A DNA stretch of 30,702 bases from Pedosphaera sp. GTDB lineage: Bacteria; Verrucomicrobiota; Verrucomicrobiia; Limisphaerales; SIBH01. The stretch spans positions 1 to 30,702 of the forward strand of contig JANOQV010000213.1 in NCBI GenBank assembly GCA_031414955.1, read 5' to 3'. A model generated the notes under the pieces. That model was not told the DNA's origin and ran no database searches. It saw only the letters and a list, made by a program, of their open reading frames with translations. Numbering within the stretch: the stretch's first letter is position 1; every line of letters begins with the position of its first letter. A program made the translations under genes and the position numbers. This document shows, piece after piece, positions 1 to 9,529 of this stretch.

Positions 1-138
1 AACCCCGGACGGGCCGCGCTTGCCCGGAAGCCGCCCGCCGCGCGGCGGCTTTCTTCGATCCCCCCGCCGCGACCAAACTCGCCTTCCCCAAAGACCACCC
101 CGCCGCCCCGGTCGGCCACCGCCATGCCGAACACTATT

Positions 139-283
139 GGCCACCTGCCTGTGCCGCGCGGCAACCTGCCGCGCGGAATGGGGGAGGACGGCCGGATTTT
201 TTCTGACGCGCGTTCCCATCCAAACCGCGCTTCCATTCCGCCGGGCCAGTGGCCCGGCCGCACGGGCCGGTTGCCCGTGCCAC
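139..283. repeat. REPIN-like inverted doublet of GTGG-tagged double-hairpin REPs (left arm degenerate)
   Basis: Perfect hairpins: CCGCGCGGCA-acc-TGCCGCGCGG (154-176), GCCGGGCCA-g-TGGCCCGGC (240-258) and GCACGGGC-cggtt-GCCCGTGC (260-280), ending in CCAC (GTGG on the minus strand). CGGAATGG (~174-181) is inverted relative to CCATTCCG (233-240). Confidence 0.6.
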
Positions 284-341
284 CCATCGCCGTCCGTCCC
301 TGTGCCCCGGAGATTGGGAGCGCAGCGAAGCCCCGGCTTTC

Positions 342-585
342 GTCCCGGAGGGACGCCCGAGAACAGCCCGGCGTTTCAACGCCGGGATCAAGACGGAACC
401 ACGCGAGTCCCGACGCGTGGTGAGGAGCGAGACCCCGGAGTGCGCCCGTCCCCGGGCGCAGCGACATCCGCCCGCAAGAACGCGCATGAATTGACCAGAC
501 GCCGTTCCACGTATCACGTTGCTGCGCCCGAGGACGGGCGCACTCCGCCGATGGCTTTCCTGGCTCTCAGCCGTCCCTCCGGGAC
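342..585. repeat. GTCCC-N-GGGAC palindromic repeat element, interrupted by a second REPIN
   Basis: GTCCCGGAGGGACG (342-355) is the exact reverse complement of CGTCCCTCCGGGAC (572-585). Internal hairpin CCCGGCGTT-tc-AACGCCGGG (367-386). Truncated second arm GAGTCCCGA at 405-413. Confidence 0.65.
436..547. repeat. GGAG-tagged REPIN (CGGAGTGCGCCCGTCCTCGGGCGCAGCAAC family), copy 1
   Basis: 30-nt inverted arms at 436-465 and 518-547 with 2 mismatches. The same family recurs at 14051-14161. Confidence 0.8.
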
Positions 586-679
586 AAACGGACGGCGGGA
601 CTCAATCCAACAAATATCGTGCGTCGAAACGGAGGCGGTCCTTGCCATCGATCATCCCCCCCCCGCCTGGCATTCGAGT

Positions 680-2059
680 TCAGTCCGGCTTCCGCGTTTC
701 GAACTTGCGCGGCAGCGCGCTGTGGACGGCCTGCACGATGCGATCCTCGCTGCTCGGGGCGAGCGGCGCGGGGCGATCGTAGTACCACAAGGAATCCTCC
801 GCCTCGTATCCGCCTTCGACCAGGATGCGGCGGGACGGGATGTAGCACGGCACGTCGTTGGCGTAGGCGTTGATCCACAGGCGCGAAACGTCCAACTCGC
901 GCTTGAGCCGCAGTTGGTAATCCACCACCACTTCGCCGGCGAGGAACACCATGGCCAGTTGATCGCCGAAGGTCCACGTCGCGAGCACGTAGGGGAGTTG
1001 GGTGGGCAGGTTTTCGCCCCGGTCCAGCCGGGCGAGATTCTTTCGCGCGTGGTAACCGACGATGCCGGGCTTCTGCGCCCGCTCTTGCCATTGCGCACGG
1101 GAGGGCAGGGGATCGAAGTCGAGGTCGAAGCGCTTGAGGGTTCCCTCGGGCAGTTTCGTGAGCGGTTTTGCGGGCTGGCCGAGCAGGCGCTTCACCTCGG
1201 TGGCAATTTCTTCGCCGTGAGTCTGCGCGTGCTCCAGCTTGCCGCGCGGCGAGGGATTGGCATCGCCGCCGCAACCGATGCTCACCATCGCCACCGCGCC
1301 GGGGTGGGCGCGTTCGAGGGCTTCCTGAGTGCAGCCTGACCAGTCGCCGTGGATTTGATTCCACTCGCCGCCCAGGGTGGTGCAGTGACAGGCGTAATTC
1401 ACCAGCACGGCGCGCAGGGAACCATCCGCTCCATGCACGAACATGGTGGCCAGTGTGTGGTCCACGGGCGCGGTGCTGTTCTCGCCGAACTGCGTTTTGC
1501 CGTCGCGCACCACGCGTCGGTTTTTGGCGAACTTCACCGTGCCCTCGGTCCACGACAGTTTGGAGGGCGCGCGGTTGCTCAACGCGGCCAGTGCGACTTC
1601 CTCCAGTTTGTCCACCAGGTTGCGCGTGTAGCGGTCGGTGGCGGCCAACTGTTCGGGAATGATGTCCGAGGAGAAAATGTTTGGCGCGACACCCGTGAGC
1701 ATCGGGGCGGAATGCGTGTGCGAGGAACAGACCGCGATCTGTTCGCGGGGAATTTTCGCCCGCTTCTTCAAGCGCGCCGCCACCTCGTCGGTGACCGCGC
1801 CGGACACGCCCAGATTGTCCACGGTGAAGAGAATCGACGCGCCTTCTCGATCCGTGCCGAAGGCCAGCGCCTTGGCGAAGAGGTGCTGGGCCACGCCTTC
1901 GGCATTGGTGCGGCGCGAGCCGTAGCCGTGTAGGCGCACCGGATAATCCGGCGTGATGTCGATGCGCGCCACTCCGACGGAGAGCGGCGCAATCTCCTGG
2001 GCAGCGTCGGCAGCAAGGCAAAGCATGGCGAGGGCGGCGATCCATTTTGTCGCGTTCAT
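680..2059 (-). CDS. secreted neutral/alkaline non-lysosomal ceramidase N-terminal domain-like hydrolase
   Basis: 459-aa ORF with a signal peptide (MNATKWIAALAMLCLAADAAQ). Motifs VGVARIDITP, SHTHSAP, NYACHCT, GCGGDANP and AYANDVPCYIP...GGYE are typical of this family. Confidence 0.8.
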   Translation of the reverse strand: MNATKWIAALAMLCLAADAAQEIAPLSVGVARIDITPDYPVRLHGYGSRRTNAEGVAQHLFAKALAFGTDREGASILFTVDNLGVSGAVTDEVAARLKKRAKIPREQIAVCSSHTHSAPMLTGVAPNIFSSDIIPEQLAATDRYTRNLVDKLEEVALAALSNRAPSKLSWTEGTVKFAKNRRVVRDGKTQFGENSTAPVDHTLATMFVHGADGSLRAVLVNYACHCTTLGGEWNQIHGDWSGCTQEALERAHPGAVAMVSIGCGGDANPSPRGKLEHAQTHGEEIATEVKRLLGQPAKPLTKLPEGTLKRFDLDFDPLPSRAQWQERAQKPGIVGYHARKNLARLDRGENLPTQLPYVLATWTFGDQLAMVFLAGEVVVDYQLRLKRELDVSRLWINAYANDVPCYIPSRRILVEGGYEAEDSLWYYDRPAPLAPSSEDRIVQAVHSALPRKFETRKPD

Positions 2060-2189
2060 GGTGATGCCGGAGACTTTCGTTTTCCGAGGCGTCGGTCAAT
2101 GAGCTTCCAGGTTTGGTGGGAATTGCGTGCGACCCATTTTCTTGTTCGACATTTGGTTTGGCTGGGCGATGTTCGCCCAGCTCACAACC

Positions 2190-3062
2190 ATGCACTTGCT
2201 CGCGCCCAGTAAAACAGCGGAGCGGCTTTCGGAAAGCCAGCGTGCCGCTTTGATTTCCCTGCTTGGTGACGAAGACCTGGCGGTTCATCAAACCGTGCGG
2301 GGCAAGCTCCTTTCCTACGGACCCGAGGTCATCGAGTGGTTGCGGCCCAGCACCTTGAGCAATGATCCGTTGCTCCGCCGACGCGCCCGGGAGATCATCG
2401 CGATCTTCGGCCGGCAGGCGGCGGATGAACAGTTCGTGCAGTTTTGCGCCAGTCGGGGTGAAGAACTCCCGCTCGAAGAAGGTGCCTGGCGGCTGGCCCG
2501 GACCCGTTATCCGGAAATCAACATTTCCGCCTACGAAGCGTTGCTGGATTCCTTCGCCGCCGTGCTGCGCGCCCGGATCGATTTTACCGCCGAGGTTGAC
2601 CAAATCGTGGGGACCATTAACCACTACCTCTATCAGGAGTTGGGCTTCGCGCCCAACGAGGCCAACTACTACGAGCCGGAGAACAGCTTCCTCAATCGCG
2701 TCATCGACCGGCGCACCGGCAACCCGATCAGCCTCTGCACCATCTACTTGCTCGTGGCGCGCCGTCTGAGGCTGCCCGTCACCGGCATCGGTCTGCCGGG
2801 ACACTTCGTCTGTCGCTATCAGACCTCCACCACCGAGGTTTTCATCGACGCTTTCAATCGCGGCAAACTGCTCTCCAAGGCCGACTGCGTGAAGTACCTC
2901 CTCCACACCCATCATGGGCTGGAGGATGGCTACCTTGCGCCGGTCACGCCGCGTCGCATGCTGCTGCGCATGTGCGCGAATCTGCACCAGATTTACCTGC
3001 ACAACGCGCAGACGGACGCGGCTTCCCGCTTTCAGAGGTATTTGGTCGCGCTGGCGAAGTGA
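2190..3062 (+). CDS. SirB1/transglutaminase-like domain protein with N-terminal HEAT-like segment
   Basis: Motifs YYEPENSFLNRVIDRRTGNPISL, GIGLPGHF, FIDAFNRG and RMCANL. Start is uncertain (ATG 2169 or 2190). Confidence 0.8.
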   Translation: MHLLAPSKTAERLSESQRAALISLLGDEDLAVHQTVRGKLLSYGPEVIEWLRPSTLSNDPLLRRRAREIIAIFGRQAADEQFVQFCASRGEELPLEEGAWRLARTRYPEINISAYEALLDSFAAVLRARIDFTAEVDQIVGTINHYLYQELGFAPNEANYYEPENSFLNRVIDRRTGNPISLCTIYLLVARRLRLPVTGIGLPGHFVCRYQTSTTEVFIDAFNRGKLLSKADCVKYLLHTHHGLEDGYLAPVTPRRMLLRMCANLHQIYLHNAQTDAASRFQRYLVALAK

Positions 3063-3220
3063 CTTTGCCCGGTCGCGACTTTGATCGCGCAGGCGGCATT
3101 CCGTTCACTCGGTCAATCAACTCGCCGCCCAGTTCGCTCTCGCTCGTGCGGAAGGTTCAGTTTGTCCCCGAAGCGAGCCTCCGGTTTAACGAGCATTGGG
3201 GATGGCGGCGCTGGCCTAGA

Positions 3221-3724
3221 TTAGGGACGCAGGGTGTTCCAGATCACGCTGACGGCAAACAGTCCGAGCATGGCGAGGCAGCAGAGCAGCTTGCCCACCA
3301 CGCCTGCGAACAACCCGAGCGTGGCCCCGAGCCCGGCCTGCATGGAGGGTTTGAATTCGCGCCCGCCGATTAACTCGAACAACGCCGAGCCGATGAACGG
3401 ACCGACCAGAATGCCGGGGAAGGGAAAAAACAGGCCGACGATGCCTCCCACGATGGCGCCGATCATCCCCTTCTTCGTCGCGCCAAATTTTTTCGCGCCA
3501 TAAATGCTGGCCAGATAATCCATGACCAGCGCGATGACCATGATGAGCGTCAGCACCGTTAGCGCCAGCCAGCCGACACTGCTCTCGCGGAAGTAAAGTT
3601 TGTGGCCGAGCGCAGCGGCGAGCACGAGCGGCGTGCTCGGAATTCCTGGCAGCACGCTGCCGGCGCAGCCGATTCCCATGAGAATCAGCACCAAGACGAG
3701 GCCCATGATTTGTTCGGTGGTCAT
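3221..3724 (-). CDS. DUF456 family membrane protein
   Basis: 167-aa hydrophobic ORF with GSVLPGIP, DYLASIYGAKKFGATKKG and GILVGPFIG. Confidence 0.85.
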   Translation of the reverse strand: MTTEQIMGLVLVLILMGIGCAGSVLPGIPSTPLVLAAALGHKLYFRESSVGWLALTVLTLIMVIALVMDYLASIYGAKKFGATKKGMIGAIVGGIVGLFFPFPGILVGPFIGSALFELIGGREFKPSMQAGLGATLGLFAGVVGKLLCCLAMLGLFAVSVIWNTLRP

Positions 3725-3910
3725 CGATCCAGGCCGGTTGCGAGGCCGCGATGAGGCGTGCGTCCGGTCGGCTTCATCTTCAGCGGGAATGAGATTCTGT
3801 CCAGCCGGGGATTAATTCCCGCGTCTTGACGCTGGGGGCGGGCGCGATACGTTCGCCCCCGCGCTCGCGGACTGAAGCTCCAGGCACCGTCTTTCGATGT
3901 GCGAAATACG

Positions 3911-5482
3911 ATGCCGATTGATTCCAACTTCAACCCCGATGGCACCGGCGCCGTGATGGCCGGTGATGTGACCGCACGTCTGCGGGCCGCGACGGAACTG
4001 CTCGAAGCGGCGGCGCGCAACCGTGCGTTACTGGCCGCACTGTCCGTGGAGGATCTCACTCGGCTCTTGCAGGCGGCGGGCGAAATCTACTGCCCAGAAG
4101 TGAGCGAGCGACGGCGGTTGGTGAAGGCCAAGGTGCGCCAGCGCAAGGCGGAAAAGCTGGAGAAAGATCAGAGCCGGCTGAACGAGACGGGTATTCGCAA
4201 GCTGCGCCGGGAGAAAATCTTCACCACTCCGAATGTGTTTCCCCCGGAGAATTTCGAGCAGAAGGAAATCGAGGGCGACGCGGAGTTCCGCGAAGTGGTC
4301 GAGCCGCAGAATTGCTACATTTGCAAACAGGACTATTCGAGCATCCACCATTTCTACGATCAGCTTTGCCCGGTGTGCGCGGAGTTGAACTTCAGCAAGC
4401 GCAGCGAACTGGCCGATCTGCGCGGACGGGTGGCGCTGCTCACCGGCGGACGAGTGAAGATTGGTTATCAGGCGGGCATCAAGCTGCTTCGAGCCGGCGC
4501 GCAACTGATCGTCACGACGCGGTTCCCGCGCGATTCGGCGGCGCGCTACGCCCAGGAGCCGGACTTCGCGGACTGGGGGCATCGGCTGGAGATTTTCGGC
4601 CTGGACCTGCGGCACACGCCGAGTGTGGAAGCGTTCTGCCGCCATCTGCTGTTCACCCGCACACGGCTCGATTTCATCGTCAACAACGCCTGCCAGACCG
4701 TGCGACGGCCGCCGGATTTTTACGAGCACATGATGCAGCACGAAACCGCCTCGGTGACGGACATGCCGGAACACGCGCGCAAGTTGCTCGGTGCTTACGA
4801 AGGTTTGCGCGGCTATCACATGTTGCCCGAGGGCGACGCGGCGGTGGCGCAACGGCGGATGTCGGAGGTGGCGGGACTGACTCACGCCGCAGAGTTGTCG
4901 CAGATTCCGATGCTGCCGGATGAGCTGGAAGCGCAGAAGGGTTTGTTTCCGCAGGGACAGCTTGATCAGGATTTGCAGCAGGTGGACTTGCGCGAACGCA
5001 ATTCCTGGCGGCTGATGATGCACGAGGTGCCGTCGGTCGAGTTGCTCGAAGTGCAGCTCGTGAACGCCATCGCGCCGTTCATTCTGAACGCGCGCCTCAA
5101 GCCCTTGATGCTTCGCACGCCCGAGCGCGACAAGCACATCGTCAACGTCTCGGCGGTGGAAGGGCAGTTTTACCGGAAGTTCAAGACCACCCGGCATCCG
5201 CACACCAACATGGCCAAAGCTGCGCTCAACATGATGACGCGGACTTCGGCGGCGGACTATCAGGCCGACGGCATCCACATGAACGCGGTGGACACCGGCT
5301 GGGTGACGGATGAAGACCCGGCCCACATCGCGGCGCGCAAGGTCGAGGAGCATCGCTTTCACCCGCCGCTGGACATTGTGGATGGCGCGGCGCGCATCGT
5401 GGATCCCATCATTGCCGGCTTTAACACGGGTGAGCACGTCTGGGGAAAGTTCCTCAAGGACTACATGCCGACGGACTGGTAA
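3911..5482 (+). CDS. atypical SDR family oxidoreductase with N-terminal Cys-cluster extension
   Basis: TGGRVKIG nucleotide-binding motif, [28 protein letters not shown] and [12 protein letters not shown]...CPVC lies upstream of the Rossmann fold. Start is approximate (GTG 3899 or ATG 3911). Confidence 0.85.
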   Translation: MPIDSNFNPDGTGAVMAGDVTARLRAATELLEAAARNRALLAALSVEDLTRLLQAAGEIYCPEVSERRRLVKAKVRQRKAEKLEKDQSRLNETGIRKLRREKIFTTPNVFPPENFEQKEIEGDAEFREVVEPQNCYICKQDYSSIHHFYDQLCPVCAELNFSKRSELADLRGRVALLTGGRVKIGYQAGIKLLRAGAQLIVTTRFPRDSAARYAQEPDFADWGHRLEIFGLDLRHTPSVEAFCRHLLFTRTRLDFIVNNACQTVRRPPDFYEHMMQHETASVTDMPEHARKLLGAYEGLRGYHMLPEGDAAVAQRRMSEVAGLTHAAELSQIPMLPDELEAQKGLFPQGQLDQDLQQVDLRERNSWRLMMHEVPSVELLEVQLVNAIAPFILNARLKPLMLRTPERDKHIVNVSAVEGQFYRKFKTTRHPHTNMAKAALNMMTRTSAADYQADGIHMNAVDTGWVTDEDPAHIAARKVEEHRFHPPLDIVDGAARIVDPIIAGFNTGEHVWGKFLKDYMPTDW

Positions 5483-5632
5483 GTCTCGCAACTGCATCTT
5501 CGGTATTAGGTCGGTTTGCGGCTCAAACTTTTTTTGAACGTTTTTTCGCTTCACCCATCCAACGACGCGTCGGCGCGAGAAGGGCTGTCCTAAGGGCTGT
5601 CCTGACCGGGCCGGAAAAGTCCCGGATGCCTC

Positions 5633-5661
5633 TTTACAGGGCCGGGACGAGTTGCTATTTG
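5633..5661 (+). promoter_or_regulatory. possible sigma70-type promoter of the ABC/Gld operon
   Basis: TTTACA-17 nt-TATTTG with an extended TG, about 40 nt upstream of ATG 5701. Confidence 0.35.
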
Positions 5662-5700
5662 CTCACGCCGTTTCCAAACGGCAAACAGTGCAAACAGGCC

Positions 5701-6696
5701 ATGATTAAAGTAGAAAAATTGGTCAAGACATTCGGCACCAAGCGCGCCGTGAACGGCATTTCGTTCTCAGTCGAGCGCGGTGAGGTGCTGGGCTTTCTCG
5801 GGCCGAACGGCGCCGGCAAGTCCACCTCCATGCGCATGATCACCGGGTTCATCCCGCCGACCGAGGGGCGCATCACCGTGGGCGGTCACGACATCGTGGA
5901 TGACCCCATCCCGGCGAAACGCTTCATCGGCTACCTGCCGGAAAACGCGCCCGCTTACACCGACATGACGGTGCAGGGCTTCCTCGCTTTCTCGGCGGAG
6001 TTGCGCGGACTGCGCGGCGACGCCAAGACACGCGCCATCAATCGCGCCATCGAAATGTGTTTCCTGGAGAACGTGCGGCATCAAAGCGTGGATACTCTTT
6101 CCAAGGGCTATCGCCATCGCACCTGTTTCGCCCAGTCCGTCATTCACGATCCGGACATTTTGATTCTCGACGAGCCGACCGACGGCCTGGACCCCAACCA
6201 GAAGCATGAGGTGCGGCAACTCATCCGCCGCATGGGCGAGAAGAAGGCCATCATTTTCTCGACGCACATTCTCGAAGAGGTGGAGGCGGTTTGTTCGCGC
6301 GCCATCATCATTGACCGTGGGCAGATCGTCGCCAACGGCACGCCGGCGGAACTCAAGCAACGCTCCGATGTGGCGGGCGCGGTTTCGATCCGCGTGCTCG
6401 GCGTGGCGGCTGATTCGGTGAAGCAGCGGCTTGCCGGCGTCAGCGGTGCGAGCAAGGCCGCCATCGTGAAAGAGGAATCCGGCGTGGTCTGGGCGCGCGT
6501 CTATCCGAGCGACAAGACACGCAACGGCGAACTTGCCCGCGCGGTGGCCGAGACGGTCACGCAGGCGAGTTGGAAGTTCGAGGAATTGCACACCGAGGAA
6601 GGCCGGCTCGATGAAGTGTTCCGGCGCATCACCCTGCCGGACACGGCCGGCGGAGCCACCAGCCACGACAACAAAGTTACAGGAGGTCATCAGTGA
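5701..6696 (+). CDS. ABC transporter ATP-binding protein (GldA-like)
   Basis: Walker A GPNGAGKST, signature LSKGYRHR, Walker B LILDEP and H-loop STH. Start taken as MIKVEKL at 5701. Confidence 0.92.
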   Translation: MIKVEKLVKTFGTKRAVNGISFSVERGEVLGFLGPNGAGKSTSMRMITGFIPPTEGRITVGGHDIVDDPIPAKRFIGYLPENAPAYTDMTVQGFLAFSAELRGLRGDAKTRAINRAIEMCFLENVRHQSVDTLSKGYRHRTCFAQSVIHDPDILILDEPTDGLDPNQKHEVRQLIRRMGEKKAIIFSTHILEEVEAVCSRAIIIDRGQIVANGTPAELKQRSDVAGAVSIRVLGVAADSVKQRLAGVSGASKAAIVKEESGVVWARVYPSDKTRNGELARAVAETVTQASWKFEELHTEEGRLDEVFRRITLPDTAGGATSHDNKVTGGHQ

Positions 6697-6713
6697 ATTC
6701 CTTGTGCTTGGGA

Positions 6714-6814
6714 AAAGCGGCGCTAAAGCGACCGCACTCCAAACGCTTCGCGCACGTCGAGGTGTTCAGTGTTGCGCGCCAGCGTTTGGAGTGCGGCCGC
6801 TTTAGCGTCGCTTT
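6714..6814. repeat. TTTGGAGTGCGG-type REPIN inside the ABC operon
   Basis: 34-nt inverted arms at 6714-6747 and 6781-6814 with 2 mismatches. Confidence 0.8.
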
Positions 6815-6856
6815 CGGCTGGCGTCATTCTTCCAACTTACAGACCAACTCACATTC

Positions 6857-7603
6857 ATGAGCGACTCAATTCGACACACCTGGACCATCGCCAAGCGCGA
6901 GTTGAGCGGCTACTTCGCCTCGCCCGTGGCGTATGTGGTCATCGTCATCTTCCTGCTGCTGATGGGATTCTTCACCTTCATGCTCGGGGGATTTTTCCGC
7001 GCTGGCGAAGCGTCCCTCACCATGACCTTTTTCCGCTGGCATCCGTGGCTTTACTTGTTCCTCGTGCCGGCGGTCGGCATGAGGTTGTGGGCGGAAGAAC
7101 GCCGACAGGGCACGCTGGAACTCCTGCTCACCATGCCGATCACCGCCTGGCAGGCCATCGTCGGGAAATTTCTGGCCTCGTGGATTTTCCTCATCATCGC
7201 GCTGGCGTTGACCTTCCCTGTGGTCATCACCATCAGCTATCTCGGCGACCCTGACATGGGTACGGTGTTGACCGGCTACCTGGGCAGCGCGCTGCTGGCC
7301 GGCGCTTATCTGGCGGTGACATGCTTCACCTCGGCGCTCACGCGCAACCAGGTGATCAGCTTCATTCTTTCCGTGGTGATTTGCTTCTTCCTCATCCTCT
7401 GCGGCTGGGAGCCGGTCACGGACATGCTGGTGAATTATTCCCCCACCCTGACCAAGCTGGTGGCGAGCTTCAGCGTGATGCCGCACTTTGCGGGATTTCA
7501 GAAGGGCGTGATCGATTCGCGCGACCTGCTGTTCTTCCTCTCGGTGATGGGCTTCTCGCTCTTCTGTAACGGTGTCGTCATTCGTAACCTGCGCGCGGGC
7601 TGA
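6857..7603 (+). CDS. ABC-2 transporter permease (GldF-like)
   Basis: IAKRELSGYFASPVAY, MRLWAEERRQGTLELLLTMP and GVIDSRDLLFF, with multiple TM segments. Confidence 0.9.
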   Translation: MSDSIRHTWTIAKRELSGYFASPVAYVVIVIFLLLMGFFTFMLGGFFRAGEASLTMTFFRWHPWLYLFLVPAVGMRLWAEERRQGTLELLLTMPITAWQAIVGKFLASWIFLIIALALTFPVVITISYLGDPDMGTVLTGYLGSALLAGAYLAVTCFTSALTRNQVISFILSVVICFFLILCGWEPVTDMLVNYSPTLTKLVASFSVMPHFAGFQKGVIDSRDLLFFLSVMGFSLFCNGVVIRNLRAG

Positions 7604-7618
7604 ACCATTTTTCCTCCG

Positions 7619-9529
7619 ATGAAACAGAAAAAATTCGAGACCCTGATGTATTCGGCGCTCGGCGTCGTGGTGATGTTCGTCGTGATCGTCGCGGTGAACC
7701 TCCTCTCCGGCGCGGCCAAGACGCGCCTCGATCTCACCGAAGGCAAGCTCTACACGCTCTCACCCGGCACCAAGGCCATCCTCAAGAAGGTCGATTCACC
7801 GGTCGAGGTGCGTTTCTACTTCTCGCAGAGCGAGGCCCGTGTTCCCTCCCAGATTCGCAACTACGCCGCCGAGGTGGAGGATTTGCTGGAGGAATTCAGC
7901 GAGAACTCGGGCGGGAAAATTCGCATTCGCAAAATTGATCCCAAGCCCGACAGCGACGCGGAGGAAACCGCGCAGGCCGACGGCATCCAGGGCCAGCCGC
8001 TCGGACCAATGGGCGACAACTTTTACTTCGGCCTCGCCATCAGCCTCGATCCCGAGAAGGTCGCGGTGCCGCTGCCGATGGAGCGCGAACGCCTGCTCGA
8101 ATACGACATCGCCCGCGCGGTGGGCCGCGTCATCAGCACCAATAAGCCGATCATCGGCGTGATGACGCCGCTGCCGATGTTCGGCATGCCGATGAATCCG
8201 ATGATGGCGCGCATGGGCCAGCAAGGCCAGCGCCCGTGGGTTTTCATCCAGGAACTCAAGGCTGACTTCGAGGTGAAGCAGGTGCAGATGGACACCGACA
8301 AGATCGACGACGACATCCAGGTGCTCATTGTCGCGCATCCCAAGAACATCTCCGACAAGGCTCAGTTCGCCCTCGATCAGTATGTGCTGCGCGGCGGCAA
8401 GATGCTGGCGCTGCTCGACCCGATGAGTTTCATCGACCGCGAGCCGGCGCAGCCGAACAACCCGCTGGCCGGCATGATGCCGGGCGCGGGTTCCTCGCTG
8501 CCCAAGCTGTTGGCGACCTGGGGCATTGCGATGGACGTGACCAAGGTCGTCGCGGATCTTGACTTCACGAAGTCCCTCGCGTTCAACCAGCGGGAGCAGC
8601 CGCAACCGCGCCCAACGTTCCTTTTTCTCACGCCCGAGGGCATCAACCGCGAGGACGCGCTGACCGGTCAACTCGACAACTTGTTGCTGGCCGAGGCGGG
8701 CGCGTTCGCCGGCACCCCGGCCACGGGACTGGAGAAATCGGTGCTGCTGCACACGACCAAGAATTCCGAGTTGGTGGACGGCACCAGCGCTCGGTTCAAC
8801 CCGCAGAAGACGATGCAGGACTTCAAGGCCTCCGGCACCGAGCAGGCTCTGGCCATCCGGCTCAAGGGCAAGTTCAAGACGGCATTCCCGGACGGCAAAC
8901 CGGCTGAAGCCCCGGCCGAGGACAAGGAAAAGAAGGACGAGAAAAAGCCGGCCGACAACTCGCTCAAGGAATCGAAGACCGAGAGCGTGGTCATCCTCGT
9001 GGCCGACGTGGATTTCGTGCATGACACATTTGCCTTCAATCCTGAGATGCTGCAATTCGGCGTGGCCCAGCCCATCAACGGCAACTTCGCCCTGGCGCAA
9101 GGCATGGTGGAGCAGCTCTCCGGCGACGTGAATCTCGTCGGCACCCGTTCGCGCGGCGCGCTGCGGCGTCCCTTCACCGTCGTGCAGAAGATGCAGGCTG
9201 AGGCCCAGTCGGAATTTCAGGGCACGATTCAAAAGCTGAACCTCGAGCGCGAAGCCACCCAGGCCAAGCTGCGCGAGCTTCAGGGCAAGAAGGAGCCGGG
9301 TCAGCGCCTGATCGCCTCGCCTGAGCAGTTGGTCCAAATCAAGCAACAGGAAAAACGCGAGCGCGAGATCAGCCGCGAGATTCGTGACATCAACAAGCGG
9401 TTGCGCGAGAAGACGGAAGCTTTGGAAACCAAGACCAAGTGGTTGAACATCGCGGCCGTGCCCGGACTCGTAGTCGCAGCCGGAATATCCATCTTCTTCA
9501 TTCGCAAGCAACGCACCAAGGCACAATGA
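7619..9529 (+). CDS. GldG family ABC-associated membrane/periplasmic protein
   Basis: RLDLTEGKLYTLSPGT, LEYDIARAV, LDQYVLRGG, a C-terminal coiled coil and TM helix. Follows the GldA/GldF-like genes. Confidence 0.85.
   Translation: MKQKKFETLMYSALGVVVMFVVIVAVNLLSGAAKTRLDLTEGKLYTLSPGTKAILKKVDSPVEVRFYFSQSEARVPSQIRNYAAEVEDLLEEFSENSGGKIRIRKIDPKPDSDAEETAQADGIQGQPLGPMGDNFYFGLAISLDPEKVAVPLPMERERLLEYDIARAVGRVISTNKPIIGVMTPLPMFGMPMNPMMARMGQQGQRPWVFIQELKADFEVKQVQMDTDKIDDDIQVLIVAHPKNISDKAQFALDQYVLRGGKMLALLDPMSFIDREPAQPNNPLAGMMPGAGSSLPKLLATWGIAMDVTKVVADLDFTKSLAFNQREQPQPRPTFLFLTPEGINREDALTGQLDNLLLAEAGAFAGTPATGLEKSVLLHTTKNSELVDGTSARFNPQKTMQDFKASGTEQALAIRLKGKFKTAFPDGKPAEAPAEDKEKKDEKKPADNSLKESKTESVVILVADVDFVHDTFAFNPEMLQFGVAQPINGNFALAQGMVEQLSGDVNLVGTRSRGALRRPFTVVQKMQAEAQSEFQGTIQKLNLEREATQAKLRELQGKKEPGQRLIASPEQLVQIKQQEKREREISREIRDINKRLREKTEALETKTKWLNIAAVPGLVVAAGISIFFIRKQRTKAQ

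Noticed and set aside
28..55. Hairpin AAGCCGCC/GGCGGCTT followed by TCTT as a terminator
   Set aside because: Weak U-tract, and the upstream gene is outside the window, so it cannot be supported.
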